Assembly (NCBI GenBank): GCA_027923505.1
Contig: BROI01000001.1
Span: 1,798,001-1,862,000 of the forward strand
Length of the DNA: 64,000 bases
DNA from: Mayamaea pseudoterrestris
Taxonomy: Eukaryota
Reading direction: 5' to 3'
The notes under the pieces are model-generated. The model had not been told where the DNA came from. It saw only the letters and a program-made list of their open reading frames with translations, and did not search any database. Of this stretch, positions 1 to 11,325 are shown piece after piece; position 1 is the stretch's first letter, and each line of letters begins with the position of its first letter. Both the position numbers and the translations under genes were made by a program.

Positions 1-8
1 TTTTCGGA

Positions 9-1388
9 ATGCCATTCTTTTGGGGATCCCGCGACTATGGAGCGGGTGCCTTTTACTTGAAGCAAGCCTCCAAACTGCCGACTGCGGCGCGCAAACTATG
101 GAAGTTTTACTTTCTTGGCAATCCGTTTGTGGTGGTTGCCGGCGCCGACAATGTCAAGACGATTTTGAACAAGGAGTTTGAGCCCAATGGCATTCGCACC
201 GCCACGCGCCAGCAGTCGTCGTCTACGTCGCTGGGAACGGCTGCCAGCATTATATCCGAGCAAGACAAGGGACGGCATCAATTTTTGCGGCGACTCATTG
301 GACAAGCCATTACACCAGCGGCAGTCGCCAAAAGTATTGGTACCTTGCAGCAGGCGGCGGAGGAAAGTGTTGCCAAGATGCTAGCAGCGGCCAAGGATTC
401 GACATTCAGCAATAGGATTGTCATGGAAGACATTTGCACGGACTTTACGTTGGATGTGGCGTGGCGACAAATCCTTGGGCTCGACTTGACGCCGGATCAA
501 GTTCCAGTCTTTCACAAGGCGGTGGCCGATTGGATCGGAGGTGTTGTGTCGCTAAGGGCGTTGCTTGGCTTGAACGTCGAAAAAACGCCGTCCTTCAGAG
601 CCAAGAAATACTTGGAGAGTCTTGTGGAGCAGCAAATTGACACGTTAAAAGCGAATGGACCCGACGCGTCGACCTTGAGTGGCATGGTGTTTGCCAAGGA
701 TGAGGAAAATCCGACGCGTACCCTATCGCAAGTAGAGATTATCGACAATGCCTTGATTTTGATTCTGGCGGGCAGTGAAACCTCCGCGACGACACTGACC
801 AACGCCATGCTGTTTCTTGGACTTCATCGAGAAACATGGAATAAGTTGGTGGAAGAACAACGACGCGTTGAAGCTGTTCATGGTGAAGTGCTCACCAAGG
901 AAACGCTCGACAAGGAATGTCCATACTTGGAAGCTGTCGTGAAGGAGACGATGCGAATAAGGCCCATTAGTGGTGGTATTCCGCGACGAGCGACTTCTAC
1001 GATTGTCATGGACGGCAAGCAGATTCCAAAGGACTGGCTTGTCGATTTCAATGTGGCGCTTACACATCAGCTAGATTCAAAGACGTACAAGGAGGATGGG
1101 TCCAATATGGATATTCGCAAGGGCTTCGTTCCAGAACGATGGCTAAGTCCTGAAACTACGCCTGCCGAATTTATTCCTATGGGTGCTGGTCCACGATATT
1201 GTCTTGGATCCAATTTGGCGTACGCCGAGATGAAGGTGTTCTTAGCAGTTATGGCTCGGAAGGTTGACTTTCAGCTGGTGAATGCGACGGATGATGTAAA
1301 ATGGAAACATATGAGTATTATTCCCAAGCCAAAAGACGGTGTTTTTGTGGAGGTGTCGGAGCCTTCGCGCATTTCAGTTGCGGCCTGA
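9..1388 (+). CDS. Cytochrome P450 (5' end possibly outside the window)
   Basis: I-helix AGSETS, ExxR (ETMR), PERW, heme-binding FIPMGAGPRYCLG. The frame stays open upstream of ATG 9 to the window edge. Confidence 0.95.
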   Translation: MPFFWGSRDYGAGAFYLKQASKLPTAARKLWKFYFLGNPFVVVAGADNVKTILNKEFEPNGIRTATRQQSSSTSLGTAASIISEQDKGRHQFLRRLIGQAITPAAVAKSIGTLQQAAEESVAKMLAAAKDSTFSNRIVMEDICTDFTLDVAWRQILGLDLTPDQVPVFHKAVADWIGGVVSLRALLGLNVEKTPSFRAKKYLESLVEQQIDTLKANGPDASTLSGMVFAKDEENPTRTLSQVEIIDNALILILAGSETSATTLTNAMLFLGLHRETWNKLVEEQRRVEAVHGEVLTKETLDKECPYLEAVVKETMRIRPISGGIPRRATSTIVMDGKQIPKDWLVDFNVALTHQLDSKTYKEDGSNMDIRKGFVPERWLSPETTPAEFIPMGAGPRYCLGSNLAYAEMKVFLAVMARKVDFQLVNATDDVKWKHMSIIPKPKDGVFVEVSEPSRISVAA

Positions 1389-2231
1389 TCGAGTTCAGCG
1401 ATATGGCTGTCCTGATTGCTTATAATGCGTAGATTAGAAAGTTAAAAAATATGTATCTACCACATCTTGCTTGATGTTCCCTTATTAGCTTTTCGCCTTC
1501 GAAGACAGCTCTATTGACTTGTAACATCAACCCATGGCCGCAGCGGAGCAGCTAGGCTCTCGTTGTTTCGTTTGCAATTGGATATACCGGTACTTTGAGT
1601 ACGTATATGAGTAGAGCAGGAACTGGTCGATCAAAGTGCTGACTCGTTACTCCTGTTATTCAACCGGTACCGTTCTCTTGCTCTCACAATGAGCGTCGTT
1701 GCAATAAGAAACGTCCAAGGCAGGCAAGCTTCACCCAAGCCATCTATGAAACGACGAGGAAATCGACATTTCGAAGCCAGGCTCGCCTCGCTCGTTGTCG
1801 GTAGTGGTGCGACCCTTGTTTGTGTTGTCGTGCGAGCAAGCCGAGTTTTTAATTTCGATCCAGTGGTACCGTATGATAGTTTATAGAACAGACCGCAGTG
1901 AAAAATTACAGCAATTTTGTCTACTGCATCATTAAACAAAATCATAATCATCTTTTTGCTTTACTTGCATAATGATTAATATGAAGATTGAAGAATCTGC
2001 GACCTTGAGCCAAGAGGCGCGATCATCGCCAGGCGCGAGCGGGGCGGGTGATTCCAGCCTTGCGAGTTCACGTGGCATCGCCAATTCCGAGATTCCAAGA
2101 CGAAAGTTTGATTCATTCTTTGCTTTGACAAACCACGACAGCTACAGTCGTACCCACCATAGATCGAGCTCAATAGTTGGTACACTAATCGTAATCTTCT
2201 TGGCGAAGCTAAACAAGTCGACAATAACTTG

Positions 2232-3530
2232 ATGCGAATGAAGAATTACTTGACTTGCTCCGTTGCCTTCTTATGGCTGCAGCACATTCATGCGAGCAAC
2301 GCGGTTGAAGATGATAGCGACGACTGCTCAACACAAACCTTCCGAGCACGCTTTCCGGTAGCAAGCTCATGGCTCGTATATCGGCAGACTGTGCAAGACC
2401 CCGTGGCACTTCGAGCGTCAGGTTTTGCGGACTCGAGCAAAGCTTCCACAATCACTAGCAAGTTGGAATGCACGCCAAATTACAGTTCAAATTTCGAAAT
2501 CACTGAGGCGATAGTTTCGAAAGATGATCTGGAATACCAACAAGACGGTCTTGACGTAGCAAGAACGACTGTTTTCGAGAAGGCAAGCGCCAATGGTGAC
2601 TGGTACATTTCCGTCGAAGCAAGTGGACCTGCAACATGCAATTGGATTCTTCGCATTACTGCATGCGAGCAAAGGAGTACCGCAACAAGAAGCAATTCCA
2701 ACAACAGCAAAATTGGAGAAAACCTTTTGTCGGATGCTCCGTCTGATATGCCTTCACTTGTTCCCTTGTCGGACGTTCCTTCTCAGTTTTCTTCCGACAT
2801 CCCATCTATGTTCTCGACAGAGAACGAGTCATCGGATGCGCCTTCGGACGTGCCGTCCATTTGGCTCACTTCAGACGTGCCTACGTTGGTGCCAACTATA
2901 TCGCTTCGATCGCTAAACCTTTCGGCCGCGCCATCCAGTGTGCCCACAAGCCCTACGTTGACTGCTCTGTCATCCTTTGCTCCGACACAAGCCCCGACAA
3001 CGGAACCGACAGTTCTATTTATGCAAATGTCAGCGCCTTCTAGATTGTCCTCGGATAAAGCATTGTCGGACGAGCCGTCCTCGATTCCCACTATATCTCC
3101 CGTTGCATCATTTATTTCGGATGCACCATCCCTGGCTCCCACCGAAGCAACAATCTCCACAAGCATGGATTCTGACGAACCATCGCTGGCGCCTACTATG
3201 AAGTCAAATAAAACCAGTCGGGACGATAACCCGCGTACGATGCTTTCAACATCAGAACCAACCTTGCCGTTATTTTCCGATGCTCCATCGGATGTTCCAT
3301 CAGCTTCACCAGCAGACACTGACGACAAGCCATCTTCGATTGACCGCGAAATAACTACGGAACCCTCGCAGCAATCTCAGTCCGTAGAGCAACCAGCTGG
3401 TGCTAGACCAACGTTTGAATTTGATGATGATATCATTAATCCGTCGAGCGTTACCGATTCAGGGGCAGTGTCAGCATCTCTATCGTTTGGCATTGTGTCG
3501 ACACTGATTCTCCTTGTGCTAATGCGGTAG
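2232..3530 (+). CDS. Secreted Ser/Pro/Thr-rich protein with SDAPSDVPS-type repeats and a hydrophobic C-terminus (possible GPI anchor)
   Basis: N-terminal signal-like segment, many PSxxPS repeats, C-terminus SGAVSASLSFGIVSTLILLVLMR. Confidence 0.75.
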   Translation: MRMKNYLTCSVAFLWLQHIHASNAVEDDSDDCSTQTFRARFPVASSWLVYRQTVQDPVALRASGFADSSKASTITSKLECTPNYSSNFEITEAIVSKDDLEYQQDGLDVARTTVFEKASANGDWYISVEASGPATCNWILRITACEQRSTATRSNSNNSKIGENLLSDAPSDMPSLVPLSDVPSQFSSDIPSMFSTENESSDAPSDVPSIWLTSDVPTLVPTISLRSLNLSAAPSSVPTSPTLTALSSFAPTQAPTTEPTVLFMQMSAPSRLSSDKALSDEPSSIPTISPVASFISDAPSLAPTEATISTSMDSDEPSLAPTMKSNKTSRDDNPRTMLSTSEPTLPLFSDAPSDVPSASPADTDDKPSSIDREITTEPSQQSQSVEQPAGARPTFEFDDDIINPSSVTDSGAVSASLSFGIVSTLILLVLMR

Positions 3531-3901
3531 ATGTGTCAAGCACAGGTTTTTATAATGTGTCTTAATAATTTACATTGCAGTCGTTCTATTACAAACAAAT
3601 ACCTACCGGTAGATCCGTTGATGCGTGTAGACTCCAGCTTTCAAACTGCTCAATTTCCCTCACATTTCTTCCATGTTTAGCAAATGATGGTTTGTTTGCT
3701 TTTGAGACGAATTGTTATCGCTGCTTGTCAAGCACGTTTACTTGGGCAAGCAATCTTTTGTCCCCTAGCTACGGTGACGCAGTGGTATTGAACAGTGCGA
3801 CATTAACATACGTCGTACCGTTAATGATTTTTGTCACATACATCTCGCGACTCGCGACCATGAAGATGGCTGCCTTTCGTTAGTCACTTACCTTTGATAA
3901 A

Positions 3902-4618
3902 ATGCGGCAGATATCCACTATTATACTTCTTTCTTACCTAGCAAATGCATTTATTCCTCAGACTCTGTCAAACCACGTCAGAACATGCTCTACTTCTCTA
4001 GCCGCAACAAGACAAGCAACCTTTGGTATGGGCTGCTTTTGGAAGCCATCCGAGCAATTGCTCCAAGTCCCAGGCGTGATGGATACAATTGTTGGATACA
4101 CGGGAAATCCTCAAGCAGGCAATGCTGCTCCGTCGTATGAATCCGTCTGCATGGGCCGAAACTGGGTGGAGGGTGTGAGAGTCGTCTATGACGATGAAAC
4201 TGTTTCGTATTCGCAGTTGCTCGATGCATTCTTCGAGGCTCAGGAACCCAAGTATGGCTATCGACAGTATGCTTCCATTATATTCGCGCATGATGAGGAG
4301 CAGTCAGCCATAGCCAACGACTGGCTAATGGAAGCGCGAGTTCGAAGCGACGGCGTTCCGAAAACAATGACGACCATTGAACAAGCTGCCCCATTCTTTC
4401 GGGCGGAGCAGTATCATCAGCGCTACTGGCAAAAGACGAAACCACGCATGGCGGCACTCGTGTTGCTGCTGACTCTATCGTCGGGCATTGCCGACGCAAT
4501 CACGCCGGTGGCGATGCAAAGTAGTGTGCATGTTGCAGCGAATGCACTGGCCCTTGCGGGATCGTTCTTCGTCATGGCGGAGCGATTTATAGATAGAAAA
4601 GTAGTAAAGCTAGAATAA
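3902..4618 (+). CDS. msrA: Peptide methionine sulfoxide reductase A, probably plastid-targeted
   Basis: FGMGCFW catalytic motif, GYTG, YESVC, AEQYHQRY. Signal peptide ending ANA-F followed by a transit-like segment. Confidence 0.9.
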   Translation: MRQISTIILLSYLANAFIPQTLSNHVRTCSTSLAATRQATFGMGCFWKPSEQLLQVPGVMDTIVGYTGNPQAGNAAPSYESVCMGRNWVEGVRVVYDDETVSYSQLLDAFFEAQEPKYGYRQYASIIFAHDEEQSAIANDWLMEARVRSDGVPKTMTTIEQAAPFFRAEQYHQRYWQKTKPRMAALVLLLTLSSGIADAITPVAMQSSVHVAANALALAGSFFVMAERFIDRKVVKLE

Positions 4619-5022
4619 AGTAAAAGGTTGAGAAGATAATAGTGTGAGCTTTACAGTATTCTTTCATTGGAAGGATCATTGACCGGGTGCACTGTTTGCC
4701 GACGCATCGTCTGCACAAAGCCGACAACTGCCATTCAACACAAACATTTCCATGCTCTTCTTTGAAGACTGCTATCTGCTGTGCATCATTCGTCATGATG
4801 ACTCTTTCTAGTACACATGTAGATGACAGTGAATGTAAATTACATGACAAAAATGATTGAGAAGTCACACTGGCTATCGCTACGACACTACTATGACTCA
4901 GAGTTTACAACTTCGTCCGACGTGAAGCGCCGATCGAACCGATTTCCACAACCATCGCTCAGTCGTGCGAGCTGTGGTCCTCTCCTTTATTTTGTCGGTT
5001 TTCCACGCAGAGAGCAACAACC

Positions 5023-5577
5023 ATGAAGGACGCTATGAAAATAATGCTGTTTTGGTTCACCGCATATTGCTGCTCGTTGCGCGTCGTCCATTCCTTCACG
5101 ACGACGCCGCTTCGAAACACGTTACGCTCGAGCACCACGACAATATTGTTTGCCGACTTTTTGAAGCAGCAGCCGCACGAGAGCGACGCGCAGTTCATGG
5201 CGCGGCTGCGCGTCATTGTCAGTGATCCCGAAACCTTTGCGCGGGCCGTCCGGGGTGAGGCGCCGCCAAAGCAAGGCAGCAACGGCACCAATAAGGCGGA
5301 TTCGTCGTCGTGGAATCCAACGTCCCTCCATACATCTGCGCCACACAGTCAGCGGAGCAAACAATCGAATAATAACAATGGCGATTATGATAACAATAAT
5401 TCGACGGATTCAAGTAACAAACGCAAGGGCTACCAAAAGGTGGAGGATTGGGAGCATGATCAGCAACAATTGCTGGAGGAAATGACCTGGGAGCAGCGCG
5501 TCCAGTACGAGGGGCAGCGCGATGGGAATCGCATCCGACAGGATGTCATTCTACGCAACAGTATCAAGCGATGGTAG
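5023..5577 (+). CDS. Hypothetical protein with a bipartite plastid-like presequence
   Basis: Signal peptide then SF-TTTPLR..., 184-aa ORF followed by an AT-rich 3' region. Confidence 0.6.
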   Translation: MKDAMKIMLFWFTAYCCSLRVVHSFTTTPLRNTLRSSTTTILFADFLKQQPHESDAQFMARLRVIVSDPETFARAVRGEAPPKQGSNGTNKADSSSWNPTSLHTSAPHSQRSKQSNNNNGDYDNNNSTDSSNKRKGYQKVEDWEHDQQQLLEEMTWEQRVQYEGQRDGNRIRQDVILRNSIKRW

Positions 5578-5789
5578 AATGTGTGTATATTGGCAAATAT
5601 AATGCTGGTGGGATATTGGGGGAATGGTAGAAACGTATAGAAAAAGATCTTCAGCTGGCAAGATCATTATATAAAACTTACGTATATAATGCATACATTT
5701 ATAACAAGAATTTATAATACAAATCTATTGAAACAACAAGGTAAATGTGCATGCGGAACGCTAGCAATAGCAGGCGACGGTCGATGCTC

Positions 5790-7562
5790 TCATTGCGGCG
5801 ACGGTCGTACGAGGACACTGGCCATGTACCCGACAAAGACCGTCATGGCCTTGGCGGCGCGAGCTGAAGTCTTTAATGCGACGGAGGAAGGTGTTACGGA
5901 AACATTAGTCAAGACTGACTCGTTTTCTTGGTCATCGTGAGCCAATCTTGTGCTGATTTGCTGCTGCTGAGCCCCTTGTACGTTGTTCATCTCCGCTTGA
6001 CGTAGCTTGGAGGACAGTTCCTGAATGCGTTCCATACCCGTGGCAATGGGCGACGCAAGAGGCGCCATTGATGCATCCATTGGTGCTGGCGTGCACAACT
6101 GCAGCGTCGGCTCGTTCTGCGGCTCATTATCAACACCAGCAGCCACCTTGGCGCTCATTCGTTGGTCTCGCAGCATTTTCAGCTTTTGGCGCGGGACAAA
6201 CGCCTTAATGAGGCGCTGCTCGTCACGGTCGTGTTGCTGCGTCACTGCCTGATGAAAGGTGACTCGCTTTGGCGAAAGTAATAACGGAGCTGCCACTGCC
6301 GACAAGGTTGATTGACAGGCAAATGACGCAAAACTACTAGCAGCAGCTGCAGCACACACTGCCAAACATGGCAAAGGATCGGCCAATCCACTGCTGTCAC
6401 TGTCACACAATGGAGGCGGTGGCGAGCAACTATTGGTGGTGCGAGTATAGTAACTAGTGTTTCGCAGACAGCTCTTCATGGGCGATGGGGCGCGTGGCGT
6501 GATGAGAAGAAGCTGCTGCTGCTGCTGCTGCGCCTCTGCCACAAAACTTTGGCCAGAAGGACTCTCATTGACAATATTCAATATTATTTCCGCATGTGGT
6601 GCACTATCCAGAGAGTCGTCACTGTCACTATTGTGGCTACTGTCGCCCGTGTACGTTTCCGTGCAGCTATCATATTCCACAATGTTGGATTGTTTCAATG
6701 TCGGCGAAACGTCGTCCTGTTGCTCGCGTATAAACTCAATGGTCGCCACGGGAGGTATTGCCAATCGTGATTCCGTTCTCGACTCAGCAGTCACTTTGGT
6801 TGCAATCGCTCTATCTGCTCTTGAAAGCTTGGAACCGAGTGCAAAGTCATTCGGGAGCGCTCCGTCCCCGTCGCTGCCATCCTTCGCCGCCGCCGCCGTC
6901 GTTATTGTTTGATACAGCAGCTCCCAAACTGGTTGCTCTTGCCGTTGGTGATGCTTTTGATACTCCGTGACACTCCTATAGGGCGTATGCGCTTGAATGA
7001 GTGCTCGACACTCGCGCAGCATGGCCGACGCCTTGGCGGAATCTCGCAGCCGCGCCAGCGCTCGCGCATACAGTAGACTTGATTCAATCTTTATAAGCAC
7101 CAATAGTTGCTGCAACTTTGAACTACAAATGATGGAAGGACTTGCATCGTCTTCATTATTACTTGGAACGCTGCACTGCAAATCAATATCACCTTGTAAA
7201 TCATCACTCATGAGTATAAGACACTGCTGCTGCTGCTGCTGCTGATTATTTTTATTCGTTTCATAGTCATGCAACTGACATAACGCATGGTCCAAGCATG
7301 ATAATACTTGTCGATAGTTGCGTTGCTCCGTGTGGTGCAGCGCGCGTTTGTGACTGGCCACCAAGTCATGGATCAGCGGCAGCAGTAACCAGTCTTGGTC
7401 GTCATTGTTGCTACTGCGACTGGAACGAAGAGGTCGCTCCATTTCCTGGTCTGCGGCAGTCAATGACATGGTTGGAAAATGCGTGACAATGCTTGGGACA
7501 GACGCAAGATCCGACCCTGCTCCTGATGCGAATGGAAGAGACGCTGCTGAAGATGCGCACAT
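5790..7562 (-). CDS. Hypothetical low-complexity protein (poly-Q, Ser-rich)
   Basis: 590-aa uninterrupted ORF; no family recognised. Confidence 0.55.
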   Translation of the reverse strand: MCASSAASLPFASGAGSDLASVPSIVTHFPTMSLTAADQEMERPLRSSRSSNNDDQDWLLLPLIHDLVASHKRALHHTEQRNYRQVLSCLDHALCQLHDYETNKNNQQQQQQQCLILMSDDLQGDIDLQCSVPSNNEDDASPSIICSSKLQQLLVLIKIESSLLYARALARLRDSAKASAMLRECRALIQAHTPYRSVTEYQKHHQRQEQPVWELLYQTITTAAAAKDGSDGDGALPNDFALGSKLSRADRAIATKVTAESRTESRLAIPPVATIEFIREQQDDVSPTLKQSNIVEYDSCTETYTGDSSHNSDSDDSLDSAPHAEIILNIVNESPSGQSFVAEAQQQQQQLLLITPRAPSPMKSCLRNTSYYTRTTNSCSPPPPLCDSDSSGLADPLPCLAVCAAAAASSFASFACQSTLSAVAAPLLLSPKRVTFHQAVTQQHDRDEQRLIKAFVPRQKLKMLRDQRMSAKVAAGVDNEPQNEPTLQLCTPAPMDASMAPLASPIATGMERIQELSSKLRQAEMNNVQGAQQQQISTRLAHDDQENESVLTNVSVTPSSVALKTSARAAKAMTVFVGYMASVLVRPSPQ

Positions 7563-8197
7563 GGAAAAGCGGCTAACAATATCCGTTGCGCCTCTCGCTC
7601 CTTGACGAATCCCGCTAGAAGCACCTCTGTCGATGATTGCAGAGTACGTCGGATCGCAAGATTTTTGAAAACCGGACGAGTGGACGAGGAAGGGGGAATA
7701 TTGTCAATCAGCTCGAGGCATGCGCCTAAAGAATAAGTACAAGCAGATACAGTTTTAGCAGAAGCTTGTTTTCGACTGCAACGTAAGGAGCAGCTGATGA
7801 TGTATCGGCGTGGCAATGGAAGATGCCAAATAAGGGAAAGACATGGAGGCAGCAAGGAGGCTCATTTTTTCTTGGCGGTCCGTCATTGTCGAGGCCGGCG
7901 CGCGCGACACACAATCATGTGTGAGCGCAAAAGAGTGACAAAGTACTTTTAAATTGATAGTACATCAACTCTTTAGCGTTCGAATGTGCAAGATTTATGA
8001 ATCGACGTCACACTCGGAGGACGTCGGACGCGGCAAGCCTCATCCGCGTCGATCCACACGGAATCGAATTAGCCGCTGCGCCACCAATGCACACACTGCA
8101 CCTATTCTCTTGGCCTATTTGGAACTAATCCATTGATTGCTTCCTTTACGGATTTCAATCCTATTTCTAGACCATCTAATTCAGGCAAGCAAGCAGC

Positions 8198-9656
8198 ATG
8201 CCTCCATACGCAGCGACTTTATTGGAGACGGCCGTCGTCTCGCCATCCCTTAAGAATCTCCATGCTCTCGAAATGCAGCTTTCCTCCTCATCGCCTTCAT
8301 TATCTTCACTGTCACTGGCATCGCCACCATCAACCAGTTCATCGACGCGCGTGAATGACGTTCAGTCCGTTCCTTCAGTGGGAGCGCCAGTCCTGACCGC
8401 CTTTGGCATGGGAACGGTGCAGAACGTTTCTGCTACAACTACCAATACAGCAGCAGGCGCTGCAACCATGATTTCCGTGACGCTCGATTCATGGACGCTC
8501 GCCAACAACTCCAAGGTCACTTGCTATTTAAGACGACAAGATGTTACTGTCTTGGGAAGCGTCTCCGTGGAGACCATGACGGTGGAGCAAACGATTGAAT
8601 GTAAGTGCAAACGAGAGAATCGCTATTAGCCTTGACTTGAAATACTGGATGAGCAAGCGCAGAAGATCTTTTGCCGCGCAGTTCTTATATATTATCATGA
8701 TTTCAAGATACTTATTTTATTCGGTGCTACACAATTTCACAACAGACGCCAAGCTCTGCAAGGACTTGGGAGTCGCTGCGCAGCAGCATGGAAAGCTACA
8801 CGGAACAGCCTTGCTGCTGCACGAAACGGCCCTCGCCAAGACGCAATCCGTTTTGAAGCAGTGCAGCGCCAAGGAACGGCCCAATTTGTTCTTGGGCATG
8901 GTCAAGGGATACAATCACGCGGCGAGTTGTGCGCTGCAGCTTGATTTGCAGCGCAAGGCCAGGGACCATGCCAAGAATGCCATTGCCGTCTTGGATGCGC
9001 TCGAAAAGAAGGGGCAGATTCACTCCCTGCTGCAGCAGCAGCAGCAAGCGTCCTCGCCGTCGTCAGTGTCATCATCGTCATCATCATTGTCGGAAGACGC
9101 CGCTGCCATTGTCGGACGCGTCAAGCTCTTTGGCGAGTGCCGCTGCAAGTCACTCATTCTCGTGGCGCGGTCCTACTTGGAGCAAGCCAACTGCAAGCAG
9201 CGCCACCGCGACTTGGCCAAGCAACACTTGGATCAGGCCAGTGTTGTGATTAAAAAGTATACGAGTAAGGAATACACGCAACTAGTTGAAATGAAGCCAG
9301 TGCTCAGGCAGTTTGTCAGTCACAAGCGCAACGTGACCAAGTATCGCATGATGGCCAAGATGCAAAAGGAAGCGGCGCTGTCGTCAAACGCATCATTGTC
9401 GAACAATCATAACGACAGTTCCAGCTACTCGAAATGGTTCGCCAACAAGCGCGTGTGGTTTGCCGACGATGGTGTCGCGCGGGCCAACAAGCAGCAGAAT
9501 AGCAATAGTAGCGGCAGTCGAGCAAACGGTGGAGCGGCTCACGGCGAGTCCCGTGCTGGATGGTCGCAAACGGTGACATCGGCAGTGGCGTACACTGGTT
9601 TCGTGGCGCTTGGAGCCTTGATGGTGCATCAAATTGTCATGAGTCGCCGCAAGTGA
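8198..9656 (+). CDS. Two-exon hypothetical protein with a TPR-like helical region and C-terminal membrane anchor; intron 8601-8745
   Basis: GTAAGT donor at 8601 and ACAG acceptor at 8745 join the two ORFs in frame (IE-Y-AKLCK). C-terminal AVAYTGFVALGALMV followed by basic SRRK. Confidence 0.65.
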
Positions 9657-10081
9657 GAGATTGGATCGCGTAGAAAAGAATTTATGTGACAACAATTGGA
9701 CGACAATTGCTAATGCATGTTGACAGGACTGTAGTGTAAGCTGACTAATAAGTAACGATACATATTTGAGCTTCAATCATCGTTCTGTAAGGTATAGTGT
9801 TAAGTTTCGCAAGAAGATTTGTTGACGATGGGCCTCCGATGGATTGTGTACATGAACCTTGTTAATCGCATCCACACCTGTGCTGCCGTCCGGCTTCTCC
9901 ATGTGAGTTCTATCAAGACGCTGTGATGGGCCAACCGCTCGGAGAATGGGAATCAAACACGGGCAAAGCTCAATGGATGCTGCACCAAATTCACTCGCAC
10001 TGGTAGGATCATTCGTCGTCGTGGCCGGACATCAAACAAGTAATAAGTAATAAAACTAGAGTAAACATCAATCTGGACATT

Positions 10082-11050
10082 TTAGCGACCTTCATAGTCT
10101 GGAGTTCGTCCTTCCTTGAAGGCCGCCAATCCTTCCAATCGATCCTTCGTCGGAAGCGTCTTGGCATAGTTGATGCGTTCAATGACCAAGGCTTCCTCCA
10201 TATTCAACGCCATCATGCCATCATCCATGGCCTGTTTTGCAGCTCGAACCGCCACTGGTCCATTTGCAGCAATCTTCCAAGCCAACTCCAGTGCAAAGTC
10301 GAAACATTGACCAGGCTCGACAACGTACTGCACCAAACCATATTCCTTTGCTTTCATTCCATTCACTTTTTCCGCCGTGTAAATCATTTGTTTGGCGCGC
10401 GCCATGCCCACCAATCGAGGAAGTCGCTGCGTTCCGCCGGCGCCGGGTAAAATGCCGAGCGACGTTTCCACCAATCCCAAGGTTGCCTGCGTGGAAGCCA
10501 CGCGCAAGTCGCACGCTAGGGTAAGCTCCAATCCACCTCCCACGGCGACGCCTTCCATGGAAGCAATGCTTGGTATGGAGAGGCGACTCAATTGCTCAAA
10601 GGTGTTTCTCAATTTTGTCACAAAGGCTTCGGCTTCGTCCATGCTCATGCTTGATCGTTCCTTCAAGTCGGCTCCGGCGGAAAAGACTCGTGTGGAATTT
10701 GACGTGACAACAAGGCAACGGCTGTTGGAATGGGTGGTTTCCAGCGTTTCAATTGCTTCAATCAGCTCCCGAAGCATTTGAAAGCCCATGGCATTGGCCT
10801 TTGGGCGGTTTAGCGTCAAAACGGAAATGTAAGGGTTCGTTTTGATGCTGCTGCCAGTGCCATTTTCATATTTGTGAATATGTTCAAGGAGAATATGCTT
10901 CTCCCGACTCAGAGCGCCACTACTGCTGCTGTTGTGGAGTCTGGCATATGCTTGAATGCATGAGCGATTCAGACTTTTGCTGCTCGAGCGGTGAACGTGT
11001 AGGGCAAGCGCCATGGTCAATCGAGATTGTGATAGCAAAGAACAATCCAT
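10082..11050 (-). CDS. Enoyl-CoA hydratase/crotonase family, methylglutaconyl-CoA hydratase (AUH)-like, mitochondrial
   Basis: FSAGADLKER, AVGGGLE, ETSLGILPGAGGTQRLPRLVG, DRLEGLAAFKEGR motifs. The start may be ATG 11014. Confidence 0.9.
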   Translation of the reverse strand: MDCSLLSQSRLTMALALHVHRSSSKSLNRSCIQAYARLHNSSSSGALSREKHILLEHIHKYENGTGSSIKTNPYISVLTLNRPKANAMGFQMLRELIEAIETLETTHSNSRCLVVTSNSTRVFSAGADLKERSSMSMDEAEAFVTKLRNTFEQLSRLSIPSIASMEGVAVGGGLELTLACDLRVASTQATLGLVETSLGILPGAGGTQRLPRLVGMARAKQMIYTAEKVNGMKAKEYGLVQYVVEPGQCFDFALELAWKIAANGPVAVRAAKQAMDDGMMALNMEEALVIERINYAKTLPTKDRLEGLAAFKEGRTPDYEGR

Positions 11051-11325
11051 CTGTCACGGTTTGACGCACCGGTACTCAAGCAGTCGGAATGCCTGTAGCT
11101 CGGCAGCGACACAAACTATCGCCGGGATCAATTACAATTACGATAGTTCGATAAAAGCGCTTATCGAATGACAATTATTTTTGCATCTTATATATCGGCA
11201 ACTATGAATCTTCTTTTAAAGTATCTAATCGTTTATGATGTATTAACTTATGCAGGCAAGACCTGTATGTCTTGCGTTCTACTATGCGAAAAGTCACTCG
11301 CCAATTCACCGACTACTTGAAAGTC

